From NCBI GenBank assembly GCA_013265495.1, contig MU057377.1, positions 1 to 64,000 on the forward strand: a DNA stretch of 64,000 bases. Reading direction: 5' to 3'. This DNA is from Vicugna vicugna (Eukaryota). Below are positions 26,599 to 38,822 of this stretch, piece by piece (within the stretch, counting starts at the first letter, position 1; each line of letters begins with the position of its first letter). The position numbers and the translations under genes were made by a program. The notes beneath the pieces were generated by a model, which made no database searches, was not told where the DNA came from, and saw only the letters and a list, made by a program, of their open reading frames with translations.

Positions 26599-26772
26599 CG
26601 CGTCGCGGCCGTTGAGCTGGGCGCCTTTGGCCAGGCGGGCCTCGGTCTTGGATCTGCGCTCCATCTCCTCCATGATGCCTTGGATGTGGCCTCCGGAGAT
26701 CCCGTGGAAGAGCATGGCTGGGGGGCGGAAAGGACACGAGTTGTCTTCTGCTCGGCACCCCACTATTTCCAT
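26599..26772 (-). CDS. LHX9: LHX9 coding exon 1 (proximal first exon; MEIVGCRAED...LNGRDA, 58 codons)
   Basis: ATG at 26772; the translation matches the recalled LHX9 N-terminus; donor GCG|GTAAGG at 26598. The five exons total 174+203+356+203+258=1194 nt, i.e. 397 aa plus stop. Confidence 0.97.
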
Positions 26773-27420
26773 ATACACACGCCCGGGGCTCTCAGCTCAT
26801 CCGAGGGAAGGAGCAGAAGGGACCGAGATGCTGCGCGATGCGGGAGTGCGGAGACGCTCGGGGACAGAGGCGGAGACCGAGAGAGGGAAGAAGAAAGGCA
26901 GACGGAGTGGAAACTGGTCTGCTCGGAAAAGAAAAAAGGAAGAAGGGGGGAAAAGCCCCAGCGGCTCCCTGAAGGAGATGTGCAGAAAACAAACAAGCAC
27001 GGGCGGAGGGGAAAGGAGGCGAAGGCAAATCTTACTGCTCTGAGAGATCGAGTTACTAATGAGAAACAACTGCCGCGGGGGGAGGAAAACAAAATCTGGT
27101 GAAGAAAGAAAATAGTTTTGAACACAAAGAAAGAAAAAGAAGTGCTATTTTCAGCGGTCCCTGCCTGCTTGCAAGTTCCCAGTGCCTGTAGGTTGGGTCG
27201 GGGACTGCTCCTGCCGGAGCTGTGTCCAATTTGTTAAGAGACTAAAGCCAGCCCATTTTTGATAATTTAGTAGGAGGAGTTCTCTCCCTGGAGCTGCCAC
27301 GGATTTTTATTCAGACAACAAAGACCTGTCATACTCCTCTCAACCCCCTGGTGATGGGCCAGCGGGGACAAACATGGGGGGGAGGGGAAAGGCAGGAGGA
27401 GGGGGCATTTACTTCCCCCC

Positions 27421-27421
<1 letters not shown>

Positions 27422-27480
<59 letters not shown>
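27422..27480. repeat. (CA)n microsatellite, about 29 units
   Basis: Perfect dinucleotide run. Confidence 0.98.
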
Positions 27481-27481
<1 letters not shown>

Positions 27482-28580
27482 CCTTCCAAGAGTTCCCAGC
27501 AATCACGTTTTAAAGGGGAAAAAGGAGCCCTTATTGTCCCCTCCCTGGCGCAGGAGGCAGAGGGCCGGCCTGTTTGGTCCAAGTTCAAGATCAGATCCTG
27601 GCTCAAGTCGTACAGAAGGTCAGCTCCAAACTTTAGGTCTCCTCCTTGTGGACTTTCTGGTCCCCAGCTGATGGGGACCCCAAATAAGTACATATTTGGG
27701 GACAGATATTTCTCTCCTCCCCACCACCGCTGTCTCAACTCACTTTTTAAAAGCAGAGTGGCTTCACCTCCTCCTAGGGCCCCCGACTCTCCCAGAGGCT
27801 GAAGCCACCTCCAAAGTGAAAAGGAGCTAGAAGAGCCTATTATTTCTGGAGTTTCCTTTTGGCCAAAAGATTTTCTTTGAAAAATTAGAGGCCAGGACAT
27901 GGGCTTGGAGACGTGAACCATGACCAAGGAGCGATGTATTCTCTTACCCAGTTCAGGTTTGAAGGGAAACGGCTGGCGATTCCACTGCCGCATAGAAAAC
28001 TTGTCAATGTGGACAGTGACTCGGAGACACCCACGAGCTGGGCGCCGCCCCCACGGGACCAGGCGCGCGCCCCACGCCCCGGCTGGACAAGGGACTCGTA
28101 AAGCTGGACGCGCTGCACACTTGGGAGGATGTGAAGGGGGCTCCTCGCCGTGGAGGAGGGGAAGGTGCGAGCTGACAAGCAGAATGGCAGTCCTGAGCCT
28201 CACAAGAGGAGGGCTTGTTCGCTCTCCCTCTGTTCCCGTTAGCCGGGGCCCCTCCTTGGCCCTATTAAAAGTGGCCACAATACTCTGATATTGTCGATTC
28301 ATTCAAACCACCTGAAGCCCCCTGGGGACCCGAAGCGGGGAGCAGCGGCAGGAACCCACCCAGCTTTAAGCAGAGAGAGGAGGAAGCTCGAGGCTGCGCT
28401 CCGTTCGGTACACCCCACCCCCACCCCGTCCTGCCTGTTTCCCACCGCGCCCTGGTGGCTAGCTCTACCAGAACCGCCGGCTTCTACCCGGATGGTCCTG
28501 GACACCTCGAGGAGGTCCCTCGTGGCAGGCTCGCTTCCCCTCGGGAGGAGCTCTACATGGAACAGTGTTCAAATCTAGAG

Positions 28581-28720
28581 AGATGAAGGGAGAGAGGGAG
28601 GGAAGGAAGGAAGGAGCCAGAGAGGGAAGGAAGGAAGTAGCCTGGAAGGGAAGGAAGAAGGAGAGGAAGGAAAGAAGGTAGAGAAAGCATGGGGTGGAAG
28701 AGGGAGTAGAAAGAAGGAAG
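28581..28720. repeat. GGAA/GA-rich low-complexity purine tract
   Basis: Imperfect gaag/ggaa repeats. Confidence 0.8.
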
Positions 28721-31700
28721 GAGACAAGAATGGTGCAGCCTGACTTCCTGTTTCAGAGCATCCCTTCTGAAGCTGCTGGAGTAACCTCTGCCATGAAACC
28801 CAAAACACCACTGCTTCCCTCCCCCTTGCTCTTTTATCAGGGTCAAAAATAATGTTATTTGTAAACTGGTCGCTGTCATGGTCCTCCGGGTGCCAGAATA
28901 CAGCTCATAAAATACAATTTCACACAAAAATGAAGCCAATCAAGTGAACTAAGCTGGAGATCTCCCCCCTCACTTTGGCAGCTCTACTGGACAGCAGGGC
29001 TGCTATTTACTGTAAGTAATGTAATTAGCCCCTTTGGATGGAAATCAATGAGCTTTTCAAACCCACGTGCACAAACGCAGGGGCTGGGGGCAGCAGCTCT
29101 TTCAGAGACAGCAGGTCCTCTCACAAAGGGGCCGACTGCCTTCCCACAAGACGGTGACTGGGACCCGAGGAGGTGGGGAGGAGGAGGAGAAGGAGGAGAA
29201 AGAGGAGGGGTCTCTGAGAAGAACATCAGTCAATTAACCCAAGGATGCTCAAAGGAAAAAGTAAATATGGGACCTCAATCCAGGGACCTGCTTTGTCTAG
29301 TTTCCAGGCTAACTTCTCCCCGCTTCTCCTCATGGGGATGTCTGGAATTGGGTTTGGCTGTTGTTGGATTTGGGTCCTGCTCAGCAAAACCAACAAAGAA
29401 CCTAAGAACACCACTGCCTCCTTGCAAGGGATGAAACTTTGGAGACTTCCTTAAGTGAAAGTTTAACTAACAACTCCAGGGAAAAGCCAGAACTTTGTGA
29501 AGAGTCTCCAGCGAAGCCAGGCACAGACGCCCTCCCACTCTTCCTTCCTTCCTCTATCTACTGCACACAGATTCGTTAATCACGAATCAGACACAGGCAG
29601 GTCAGAAGACCTGCCGCCATCAGCTTCCAGGTTGGAGCCCAGCTATCCCTGCTTTTTCTTATAAAACCCGGGTTATAAGATCCAGCACCGGGTGGGACTT
29701 GCTATTTCCCATAAAGAAGTGAACTGCCAGGATTCTTCCTTCTCAGCCAATGCAGGAAGTTTGCAGAGAGCTAGGGGGTGGGACAGGGGGCCGCTGGAGT
29801 TTGGGAGGTCCTTGTTAGTTCTGCAGAAATCGGAAATCGCTCCGCATCGGTCCAGCCTCTCACAGTTCCGGAAAAAGGAAGCCCATGGGGAGGTCTGGGT
29901 AGGGGGGATACTCCAAGAATTGGGGGTGTGACCTGGGACGTCCTAACCTTTTTGTCTTGCAGCCTCTGGGAGGTTGCGTGAGAGTGCCCCCACCCCCACT
30001 CCTTCACTCTCAAAGGACGGTAAGCACTTTAAGGAGAGCGTCTTTGTGGCTCTGCCTTCTTCCGTGTCTCAAGAGGAGGGGCTAGGGCCCCGGCCCGCGG
30101 AATAGCCCTTGAGGGCTCGGTAAACGTTAGAGTGCTGGCTTGCTCAGTTTCTGGGGCTGAGGCCCCGCATCTCTCAACGGGACAGGTGCAGGGACCTCCC
30201 CGCCCGCGGCCCGGAGTGAGAGCTCCGGTCCCTCGTCTAAACACAAAGCTCTGTTTGGAGCAATGCGGCAGAACTCTGGCCAGAGGCTCCCCCCCTCCCC
30301 CCACGACTGAGCGCACTTCATCCACTCTTTTTTCTGCTCCGCCAGCCACCCAGCCGGTTACTGTTGCCGCTTTGAAAAAAGCAGGCGGCTTGGACCCCGG
30401 GGGCAGAGAGCAGGGATTGAAGGTCAGGGTCCCGGAATCTCCACGAGGGCGGCAGCCTTGTCCCGGACTCCGGCTCTCCAGAGGGGAGAAGAGGGAAGTA
30501 AAGGGAATGCATAGCTTTACCAAGGTGCAGGGGAAGCTTTCGTGTCCGGAGAGGAAAACCCGACTCTCTTGAGAACGTAGGCGATTCAAGGGCTCTTTAG
30601 AGGATTTTGGAGGGCACGACCCTGTGTCCTGAATCTGCCCTTAAAAGGGCAGATGGCACCTCTCCTCCCTAGTAAGCTGGTTGAGGAGCCTCCTTGGTCT
30701 GAAAGGCGCAGCTCTTGAAGCTGTGTCCAGCTTTTGGCACCGTCCTGAGCACCCCAGGGCCCTGTAGAGTCGGCGCCTTCCTAGGGGTGGGAACCGCTCG
30801 CCCAACCCTGGATGCCTGGGGTTCTGCGCTGGGCGGGAGGCGAGAAGACGACCGGAGGCGCGCCGGCCTTTCTCTTTCCTGCGCGCCGGGGCACAGGAAA
30901 ACTCTGCATGCGAACCTTCTCCCACCACCCAGGGTGACAGGTCCGGACTGGCGCCGCCGCGAGGGCGCACCTCGGATTCAGTCTTTCTAGGAGGGCCTCC
31001 CTCCAGACCAGATGGGAGCGGGCCGAGCGGCGCTGGGACGCGGGAGCTCTATCGCACCGAGAGGCAGGCCCGCGGCCGCGCCGCTGCGCACCTTGGCCGG
31101 GAGCTGGTTTCGCGCGGCGGGCGCACCCGGCCCTGCCCGGGGTGCGCTCTGTGCCCAGGAACCCCCTTCGCCCCGCAAGGCCTCCGGGCCTCTGCGTGCA
31201 GTGCTCCCTTCAAACCGCTTCCTCCATCGCCCTCGAGCTCTTCTCCAAGGGACTGCTGCCCAGTCGCCAACACCGCGCTTCTGAAATCTGAAGCCCTTTT
31301 ACCTGGGATTTGCTGGGCGGCGGGCACGCAGCCGCCGCAGGAATAAAGGGAGATGTCCCGCCCCGCGTCCGCGGAGATCGCCCGCAGAAACGGCTGCGGG
31401 ACTTCAGCTTGAACAGAAAAAGGGGGTGAAGGTAGTTTCCAGTTAAGGCCTACACGGGTAAGAAACGGTGTCTTCCCGACCCCCGGCCCCATCGCTTCCA
31501 GTGAGGAGACACCTCCAGCAGCTCCGCGAAGGACCCGGAGCGCATCCCAGGCGCCGCCGGCAACTCGCGGCGCAGTGGCACCTAGAACCTCCGCCCCCAG
31601 CACCTCCACCCTGAGAAACTCAGACATTCGAGAGAAGGGCAAGAGGAGGGAAACCGCAGGTTTCAGGAATCCTGAAGGAGACCGTGTATTTCAGAGCCAA

Positions 31701-31847
31701 GGAAGCAGTTTAATTGCTAAGACAAGCGCAAACCCGCCTTCCTTCTACCCAACGAAGGCGTGCACACGCGTGTGCGCACACTCACACACACGATATATGT
31801 ACTGGCTTAAGAAAAAAAGCAAGAGAAAGAGCCTGGCACGAACTCAC

Positions 31848-31875
31848 CTGCCTCTAGGGTGGTGCCGTTCAGCAT
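31848..31875 (-). CDS. LHX9: LHX9 distal alternative first coding exon (MLNGTTLEA-), 388-aa isoform
   Basis: Minus strand reads ATG CTG AAC GGC ACC ACC CTA GAG GCA G|GTGAGT with a consensus donor. It joins in frame to the internal acceptor AG|CC at 26717 to give MLNGTTLEAAMLFHG, the recalled isoform-2 N-terminus. Confidence 0.92.
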
Positions 31876-32289
31876 TCTGACAGCGGGAGTTGATCACGCT
31901 GGGATGGTGGCTGCACCGCAGAGAAATCAACCCATCAGCTCAGAGGTGCGGCCCCGGGCCCCGAGCGCCTCCCACCACCCGGGGGAAGCGTCCCAGCCGC
32001 TCCTCCCTCCGAGGCCACGGGTACCGAGCGGCCTCGAAGGAAGCCGGGCAGCCTCCGGTTGGTGCCCGAGACGCTCCTGCGCCCGGCGGTCAGGCGCACA
32101 CCCAGGGTAGAAAACCGCTCCGACTAGACAAACCCCATTGGTACCTTGAGGTCCGGCCGGAAGTTCCCCTCAAGAACCTGGTCCCCGGCGAGGGAGGGCG
32201 GGAGGCGGCGGCCAGAGGTGCGGGCGGGTCCCCAGGTCTTGCCAAGGAGTCCTCTGCTAATCCAAATAAATAAATAAACCGGTGGACCG

Positions 32290-32430
32290 TTCTCTCTCTC
32301 TCTCTCTCTCTCTCCCCCTCCCGCTCTCTCTCACTCTGTCTCTCTCTCTCTCTCTCCCTCCCTCTCTCCCTCTCTCTCTGTCTCTCTCTCTCTCCCTCCC
32401 TCTCTCTCTCACTCTCTCTCTGTCTCTCTC
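32290..32430. repeat. Imperfect (CT)n polypyrimidine tract
   Basis: About 140 nt of nearly pure C/T. Confidence 0.95.
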
Positions 32431-34000
32431 CCCACCCCCCACCTCTGTCGGAATTGACCCGAATCCCTCACCTCTGACCGGCAGCTCCCTCCACCTGTCT
32501 TTTATTTTCTGTTTATGCTTCCAGATCGGGAGGGGGAGGAGGAAGGGTTGGGCAGAGGGCACAGACGCGGACCGGTGCCGGCAGACAAGCTCTGAGGCTG
32601 CGTTCAGCCCTTCCAGCCTTTCAGTAATCAGGGGAGGTGTTAATGGAGGACTCGGCCGTAAGGGAACCTCATAAAGCCGTGAGCATCTTGAGCCTTGGGC
32701 GCAGCGGGAGAGCTGGAGTCCCGCGGCGTGCCCTGGGCTCCCGGGGCCCCAACCGGCCTTGGCCTTCCCGGTGTTCGTACCTCAAAGATGCTGCTGCCAG
32801 CTGGTGCCTGCATAGACGGTGAACAGGCGGCAGCTCCTGCGGGGAGCTGGGCTAAGCCATTGACTGCTCCCCCGCCACATCCCTGCCTTTCCCTCCCGGT
32901 CCTCCCTCCCCCCTCGGCGTTCCCGGGCTGCGCGCCAGGAACCCAGCACTTTGAGGTGCGTTCTGCGCTCGAGAGTGGCGTTTTCGGCCGCGTCAGCGCT
33001 AGGACCCGAGGTATCTTTGCAGCCCGGCTCCGGCTAGGAAGTGGGGATGGCCATCCACCCGGGAGAGAACCAACTCAAACCCTCGGAGACGAACGTTCGC
33101 GGGGACACAGACTCCACACCCGGGACGGGGCGGGCGCCGGGTTACCTGGGCTCAGCTTCCCGAGGGGCTGCGCCGCCCCAGCAGCCCCGGGTGCAGTCAA
33201 GCCGCGGGGAAGGGGAGGAAGAACCAGGAAGCCTGGCTCCTGGCCAATTATTTACCCGCTCCCCCAGCCAGTGCGCCCCTCGCAATCGGGGTGGGGGCGG
33301 GGGGCTCCTCGGAGGCTCCTGCGCGGATGGGGAAGGGGTGTGAGCAGCGAGACTGACCTCTACAGCGCGCGGGTCCGTGCGGGCTGCCGCCCTCCCTACC
33401 TGCCCCTTCCCCGGGCCACAGCAGAAGCTCCTTTACAGGGCGTGGGCCGAGCGCGCAGGGGGCCCGGGAGCCGCCGGGGACCCGTCCCCGGGTAGGGGCT
33501 CGTGGGGCTGCGTAGGGGCAGACCCACCTCTTCGCCGGCCCTGCAAGCTCTGACACACTGTTTAAGCGGGCAAGGGATCCAGCCGGAGCCTCTGCCTTTC
33601 TCTTTCCGTCCCAAATCCCAGAATGGAGCTCAGAGCAACCCAGGGAGAGCCCCTCTTTCTACTCAAACCCTTGGTTTCACTAGCCAGTCCCACCAGCCAA
33701 CCAGTCCTACTGGTTTACCTTCTAAGTTTCCCCTCACCCCCGACTCTTCCCTTCCCATCCCGTCCTCTTCAGTTTTTTCACTCCTCGAGAACCCTTCGAA
33801 CCGCGGTTCGTTTTCGCAGCCAGGGAGGGGACCCGCCTCCCGGATTCAGCTCCTCTGCTCGCTGCCGAGGCCATCGAATGGAAGGACGGTGACACCGCCC
33901 CGAAAACGTTCAGGTGCTCCCCCTCATCCCTGTCCAAAGCAGTGGGTTTTATCCTCTTTGAGGTCACGAACCATTTTAGGCATTTGACAAAAACATGCAT

Positions 34001-34003
<3 letters not shown>

Positions 34004-34042
<39 letters not shown>
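34004..34042. repeat. (CA)n microsatellite
   Basis: Perfect run; a second imperfect CA run lies at about 34427-34463. Confidence 0.97.
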
Positions 34043-34043
<1 letters not shown>

Positions 34044-37000
34044 CCTGGAGCTCACTGAAGCGCACAACGAAGCTCACACTTCAGAATACAAATTTTGGGT
34101 GGGAAGATGCTGTCGCCAGGAATCTGCCAATACCCCAGAGCCCATGATTCCAGGTTGATAAGCTTTTACACCCACAGTCTCAGGAAGGGGGTGGGGCGTG
34201 AGTCTGGAGGTTTCGTGTTAATAGCCCAACCTGGAAACCGTTTGTAGGGGCGAGGATCAGACTGCGCGAGGCTCGGGCGCCCCGCGGGACATCCCGCGGG
34301 CCTGGGTGGGCTGCGCGTCCCAGGGACCGCCCACCCCCAGCAAGAGATAGTGGCAAGGTCTTCCACGACATTTTCTCAGCAATAGGGCTTTCCAGAGGGT
34401 GCCGACCCCGCCCCCACCCCCAGCCCAACACACAGACACACACACACACACACACATACACACTGACTTTCTTTTGCCAGAGGGAAGGGGATAGTTGGGG
34501 CACCCAGAAGTACCTTTTAATTGTTGCAGGGTAGTGGAAAAAAAACAGCACCGAGTTTTAACCCTCCATCGTGGGCAGACAACCCGTCCACAATTCAAGC
34601 CTTTGCTAGGAGGCAAAGATGAAGAGGCAGGTGTTGGCAGGCAGTGGAGGGGGGCTCCTTCGGGGAGGCCTGAGAGTGCTCACGGGAAGGCGACATGCCA
34701 ATGGCTGTTCCCCGGGGTCCTGAGCCTCCTTGCCCAGCCTTGTCTGGAGACCCCGCTGGAGTCTGGCTGAGGAACCGGACGCCCGGGACAGACTTGGCGA
34801 TAGCCTTAGGACACCGCGCGCTGGCGGAGGAGAGACGCGGTGGGGATGGGGGGACAAAGACCCGCATCGCATCTCCTCTTCTCGAGCCCCCCCTCAACTA
34901 AACACACTGGTGTGGGAGCCCCGAGTGCAAGCCCTTCCCTTCCTTGCTCAGCAAAATTATGGGGCCGGTGTGGCTTTTGAAGAGAGAGGAGTGTGCAAGT
35001 CATCCACCTGCTGCGAGGACGCCCCGCAGGCAGGGCCCTTCCCGGCCAAGGGAAGGACCGCCCCGCAGGAACCCATCGCCAGCCTCCACCCCGCTAAACC
35101 CCGCACAAGACCCCCAGCTTCCCTTGGGTCTTTCCGCATTAGAAACAGTCTGGAAGTCAATCTCCCTTGGTTTACGGTGCCTGTCTTGCCTGCCTTGCCG
35201 CGGCAGGAATCTCCAGGAATCTTGAAGGTGAAGTAGCACCAGAGTCGGCTTAATCTGCGAAGTCTCTATTTCTCGGCGTCCACATGCGTGTGGACACACA
35301 GACCCCACAAGAACCCTGACTTTTTGCTTTACAATGTCCGAATGCAGTACAGCTCGAAGCTCTTGAAGGGAGGCCCATCTATGTGGCCATATTGCGTTTA
35401 ATGTGGGAGGACCCACAGCCGCCACCCTTGACCTATGGTTCCGCAGCATCTCCCCAGAACCTCAGACCTTGGCTCTCTGGCTCCAGAAGCAGGAGCAAGT
35501 AAAAGCGTCACCCCTCCACCCCCAGCAACAGCTCCGGAGCTGTTGATGTCAGGAAGGCTAGAAGTTCCTCCAGGAAGAGCCAGGAAAGTCCTATATAAAG
35601 ATCCTCCCTGATGGACCTGGAGTCAGTCCTCTCTTCTTCAGCCAGTTCCCCACTGCAGGAAGTGTCCTGGGACTGGGAAAGAGCTGCCTCCAGGAGGGTA
35701 GCACTCCTCACCGTCTTTCCATCTGCCCAGGGGCTTACTCAAAATACACTGTCTTACAAGGGGGTGATCTTCCTTCCCTTTTTCTCTTGTTTCTCCAGAA
35801 GGATGGCCTTTGAGACTACATTTCCTTCTCTTTTTCCTCCTGGGACTGCTGGAGCAAGTCCCAGCCAGCCGGCGAGCCCCTACCCAGAAAATGGCTTGGG
35901 TAATCTTCAAATCTATTGGGAAGGATGGAGCTAGCCAGCTGCTCCTTGACCTAAGAGTGGAAAGGAAATTGGCTTCTAGGAGTCCATAAGCCTTTCTGGA
36001 AACACTGACTGCCTCCTCTGTCACAATGCCAGGCCCCTAATCCTTTTCTCCTTCTTTTCTCTGTTGCTGGAGAGGGTGACACCAGACCACGGGGACGGCT
36101 CTTCACGTCCAAGGAGGCTGCTGACACTTCACAGAGTCCAGGGAGGGTGTTGCTTTAGGGTACCCAGTTAGAGCATCAGAAAGACTGGGGTACCAAAACG
36201 GCTGACAATTTTGGGAAACAATTTAATTTTTTGACATAAAATGAACAACGGAAGCCACAGGGGGTATCACTTACTGGGCCCCTTTTCACTTCTTCTACAG
36301 TTTAGAAGGGCTTCTGTTTTGAATTGAACAAGGGAGCAGGCACCAGACCCTTTATGTCTCTTCCAATTGTTAGAAATCTTTAAAGAAAACCTTTACTGGG
36401 GACCACAAGCAGAGGCTAAGGCAGACCCCTGAGAAGTTGGAGAACCATTCAGATTCTGTCAGGAGAGAAAGCTGAGGGTTCGCTCTGGGTAAAGCCAGAC
36501 TTCCATTTCACTGATCAGCATAGAAAAGGTGTCCTGGGGGTTGCCGTCCTCAGAGGCAGCAGAGGAGGAGGTGTCGACATGAGTCCCAGAAACCGGGTTG
36601 GAGACTGAAGCCTAGGGGCCTCGCAGCAGTGAATGCAATGGGGGTAAAGCTAATAAGATGTATCAAGACAGATTTGCCTGCAAAGTGACGTCAGAGCCGG
36701 AGGAGTAAAATGTGGGGGAGAGAAGAGAGAATGGTTTAATCGAGGCATCTTAAGTGGCCTGACCCTCAAGTCAGAATGATTTAAAGTTTTTATTAGGAGA
36801 ACAGATGGAAGATGAGAGCATTTCTGGACGCAGACTGGCACTTCTTGGGTCCTCACATGCTGCGTGGTATAGCCTTATATCCACCTTCTTATAGCTCCAG
36901 ATATAAATAAAATGAAGAACGTATTCAAACTGTTCTATTTGCCAGCAACCTCCCTTGGGTTGCTAACACTGAGGAGAAAACAGTAGGAGAACTGAGGCTA

Positions 37001-37170
37001 TAAAAAAAAAAATCAAGAGCTACTAATGTGACCCGACTTCTACCATTTATTTAGTGGAACAGTCATTATTTTCTGTCTTCAACATATGTCTGATAATGAA
37101 GCAAAAAGAAAGGAAAATAACTATCAATGTGCCACTTCAGAAACACACAAACATTTGCTAGCTTTTTCAT

Positions 37171-37262
37171 TTTATTGATGTTCTTTTCGTATATGGACTT
37201 CTGATTATGCTAGTTATCAAGTGCTAACAGCACAGAAAGCAATACTGGATTAGGCTTTTATT
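37171..37262 (-). terminator. C1orf53 candidate polyadenylation signals (AATAAA at 37257-37262 and 37171-37176)
   Basis: tttatt on the + strand at both positions; the distal one is followed on the minus strand by GU-rich TGTTTGTGTGTTT. Confidence 0.6.
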
Positions 37263-37312
37263 AATTTTTTTAATAAGGCTCAATTAAATGGAGAACAGAG
37301 ATGAGACTGTTG

Positions 37313-37405
<93 letters not shown>

Positions 37406-38633
37406 TTATTGTTGAATTATTTCACAACCATCTTGAAAAAGTACACTTCTCACGGTGAAAAAGAAAGAGACTGCTAATAATGCTGTATAGAGTATTTGAT
37501 CCATCTCCTGCAGGCTAAGAGGAGAATGATGGCACCCTCTGGCAAATGATCCTAATTAGGGTCCAAGAATCACTTCCTAGATGCATCCTTCCAACGTTAA
37601 GAATTTTACTGTCAAAAACTCACCCTTCAAAAATCCTCCAGTCCTCAATTCAGGTGAAGCTCTTACACATTTGATTAGAAACAGCCAATGGCACAGGCAC
37701 AAAAGTGAAGGCTTAATTTTTCAATACTGGTTACTGTTAATTACCAGCATTTAGTGTCTACTCCTTGATTATAAAGTGGGTAAGTTTAAGGAAATAATAC
37801 CTTCTTGCCCCAAAACATACAAAGTGGTCTACAATCAGAGGTTATCTGTTTCTAAGCTTAACTATATCACAATTTAACTTACTAGTATGCTTTTAAAAAG
37901 TTACAGTGAAGAACCCGTTCCCGTTTAATTTTTGCTCAAAATAGGGAAGGATCACAAAGTTAGTTCATCTTAATCAGCGAGCTCAGAGGTAGATGGTCAC
38001 TGAAATGTACATTGTGGGAAATGTACGACACTTGAGTTTAAGGCAGCGAGTTTCATGGTTATTTTAAAGGCAGAGTAGAAACAACAACAGAAAGATGAAA
38101 TGGGGTGGGGCGGGGGGGGAGAAAAGGAGAAGTGGAAGGGGAGGGGGAGGAGGAGGAATAACAACAACAATAATAATAATAAAGAAGGAGGAGAAAGAGG
38201 AGGAGAGGAAAGGAAGGAAGGAAATCATTATCATTTAAAGAAAACCCACTTCTCAATGTTGGGCAAGTTTCTATTTATTCAGCTAAAAAATGAAAAATAA
38301 ATGCTTCCTGGAATAGTTTGCAATATTCTGAATTTCTTTTCCTGCCCTCTTTGTACTTGCCCAGTGAACACAACTTATTTGCAACCTTGTGAAAAGTTGC
38401 CTTGTAATAAAGACCTGCCATAAATTTCCCATCACAGCCTTTCAAGCAACTGATGCTCACAGTGAAATGTTACAAAATTTCATTAACTTAAAAAAGTCCT
38501 GTGTTGATCCTAAGGACTTCAATGTCCTGGGCCAGAGTAGCTTGTGAAAAGTGCACTCCTGGTCTATTCAGCCTGGTAAATATTTGATTGGTTTTTCAAC
38601 TATTAAGTATTTACGAAGTCACAGAAGCACCTA

Positions 38634-38822
<189 letters not shown>

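Larger units (their letters stand above)
24150..27150. promoter_or_regulatory. CpG-rich region over the LHX9 proximal promoter, exon 1 and exon 2
   Basis: Visibly high GC and CpG density around 24150-24900 and 25600-27000. Confidence 0.8.
30050..35150. promoter_or_regulatory. Extended CpG island(s) around the LHX9 distal promoter
   Basis: Dense CpG/GC sequence flanking the distal first exon at 31848-31875. Confidence 0.8.

Noticed and set aside
27409..28302. 297-aa minus-strand ORF upstream of LHX9 exon 1
   Set aside because: Non-ATG start, no recognisable domain, and it runs through the CA microsatellite (CVCV...); a chance ORF.
32695..33495. 266-aa plus-strand ORF and the many overlapping ORFs at 30-35 kb
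   Set aside because: Pro/Gly/Arg-rich translations typical of stop-poor CpG islands; no homology recognised.
37528..37546. CTCF-like motif (CCAGAGGGTGCC on the minus strand) in C1orf53 intron 2
   Set aside because: A single imperfect motif cannot be told from chance without ChIP data.
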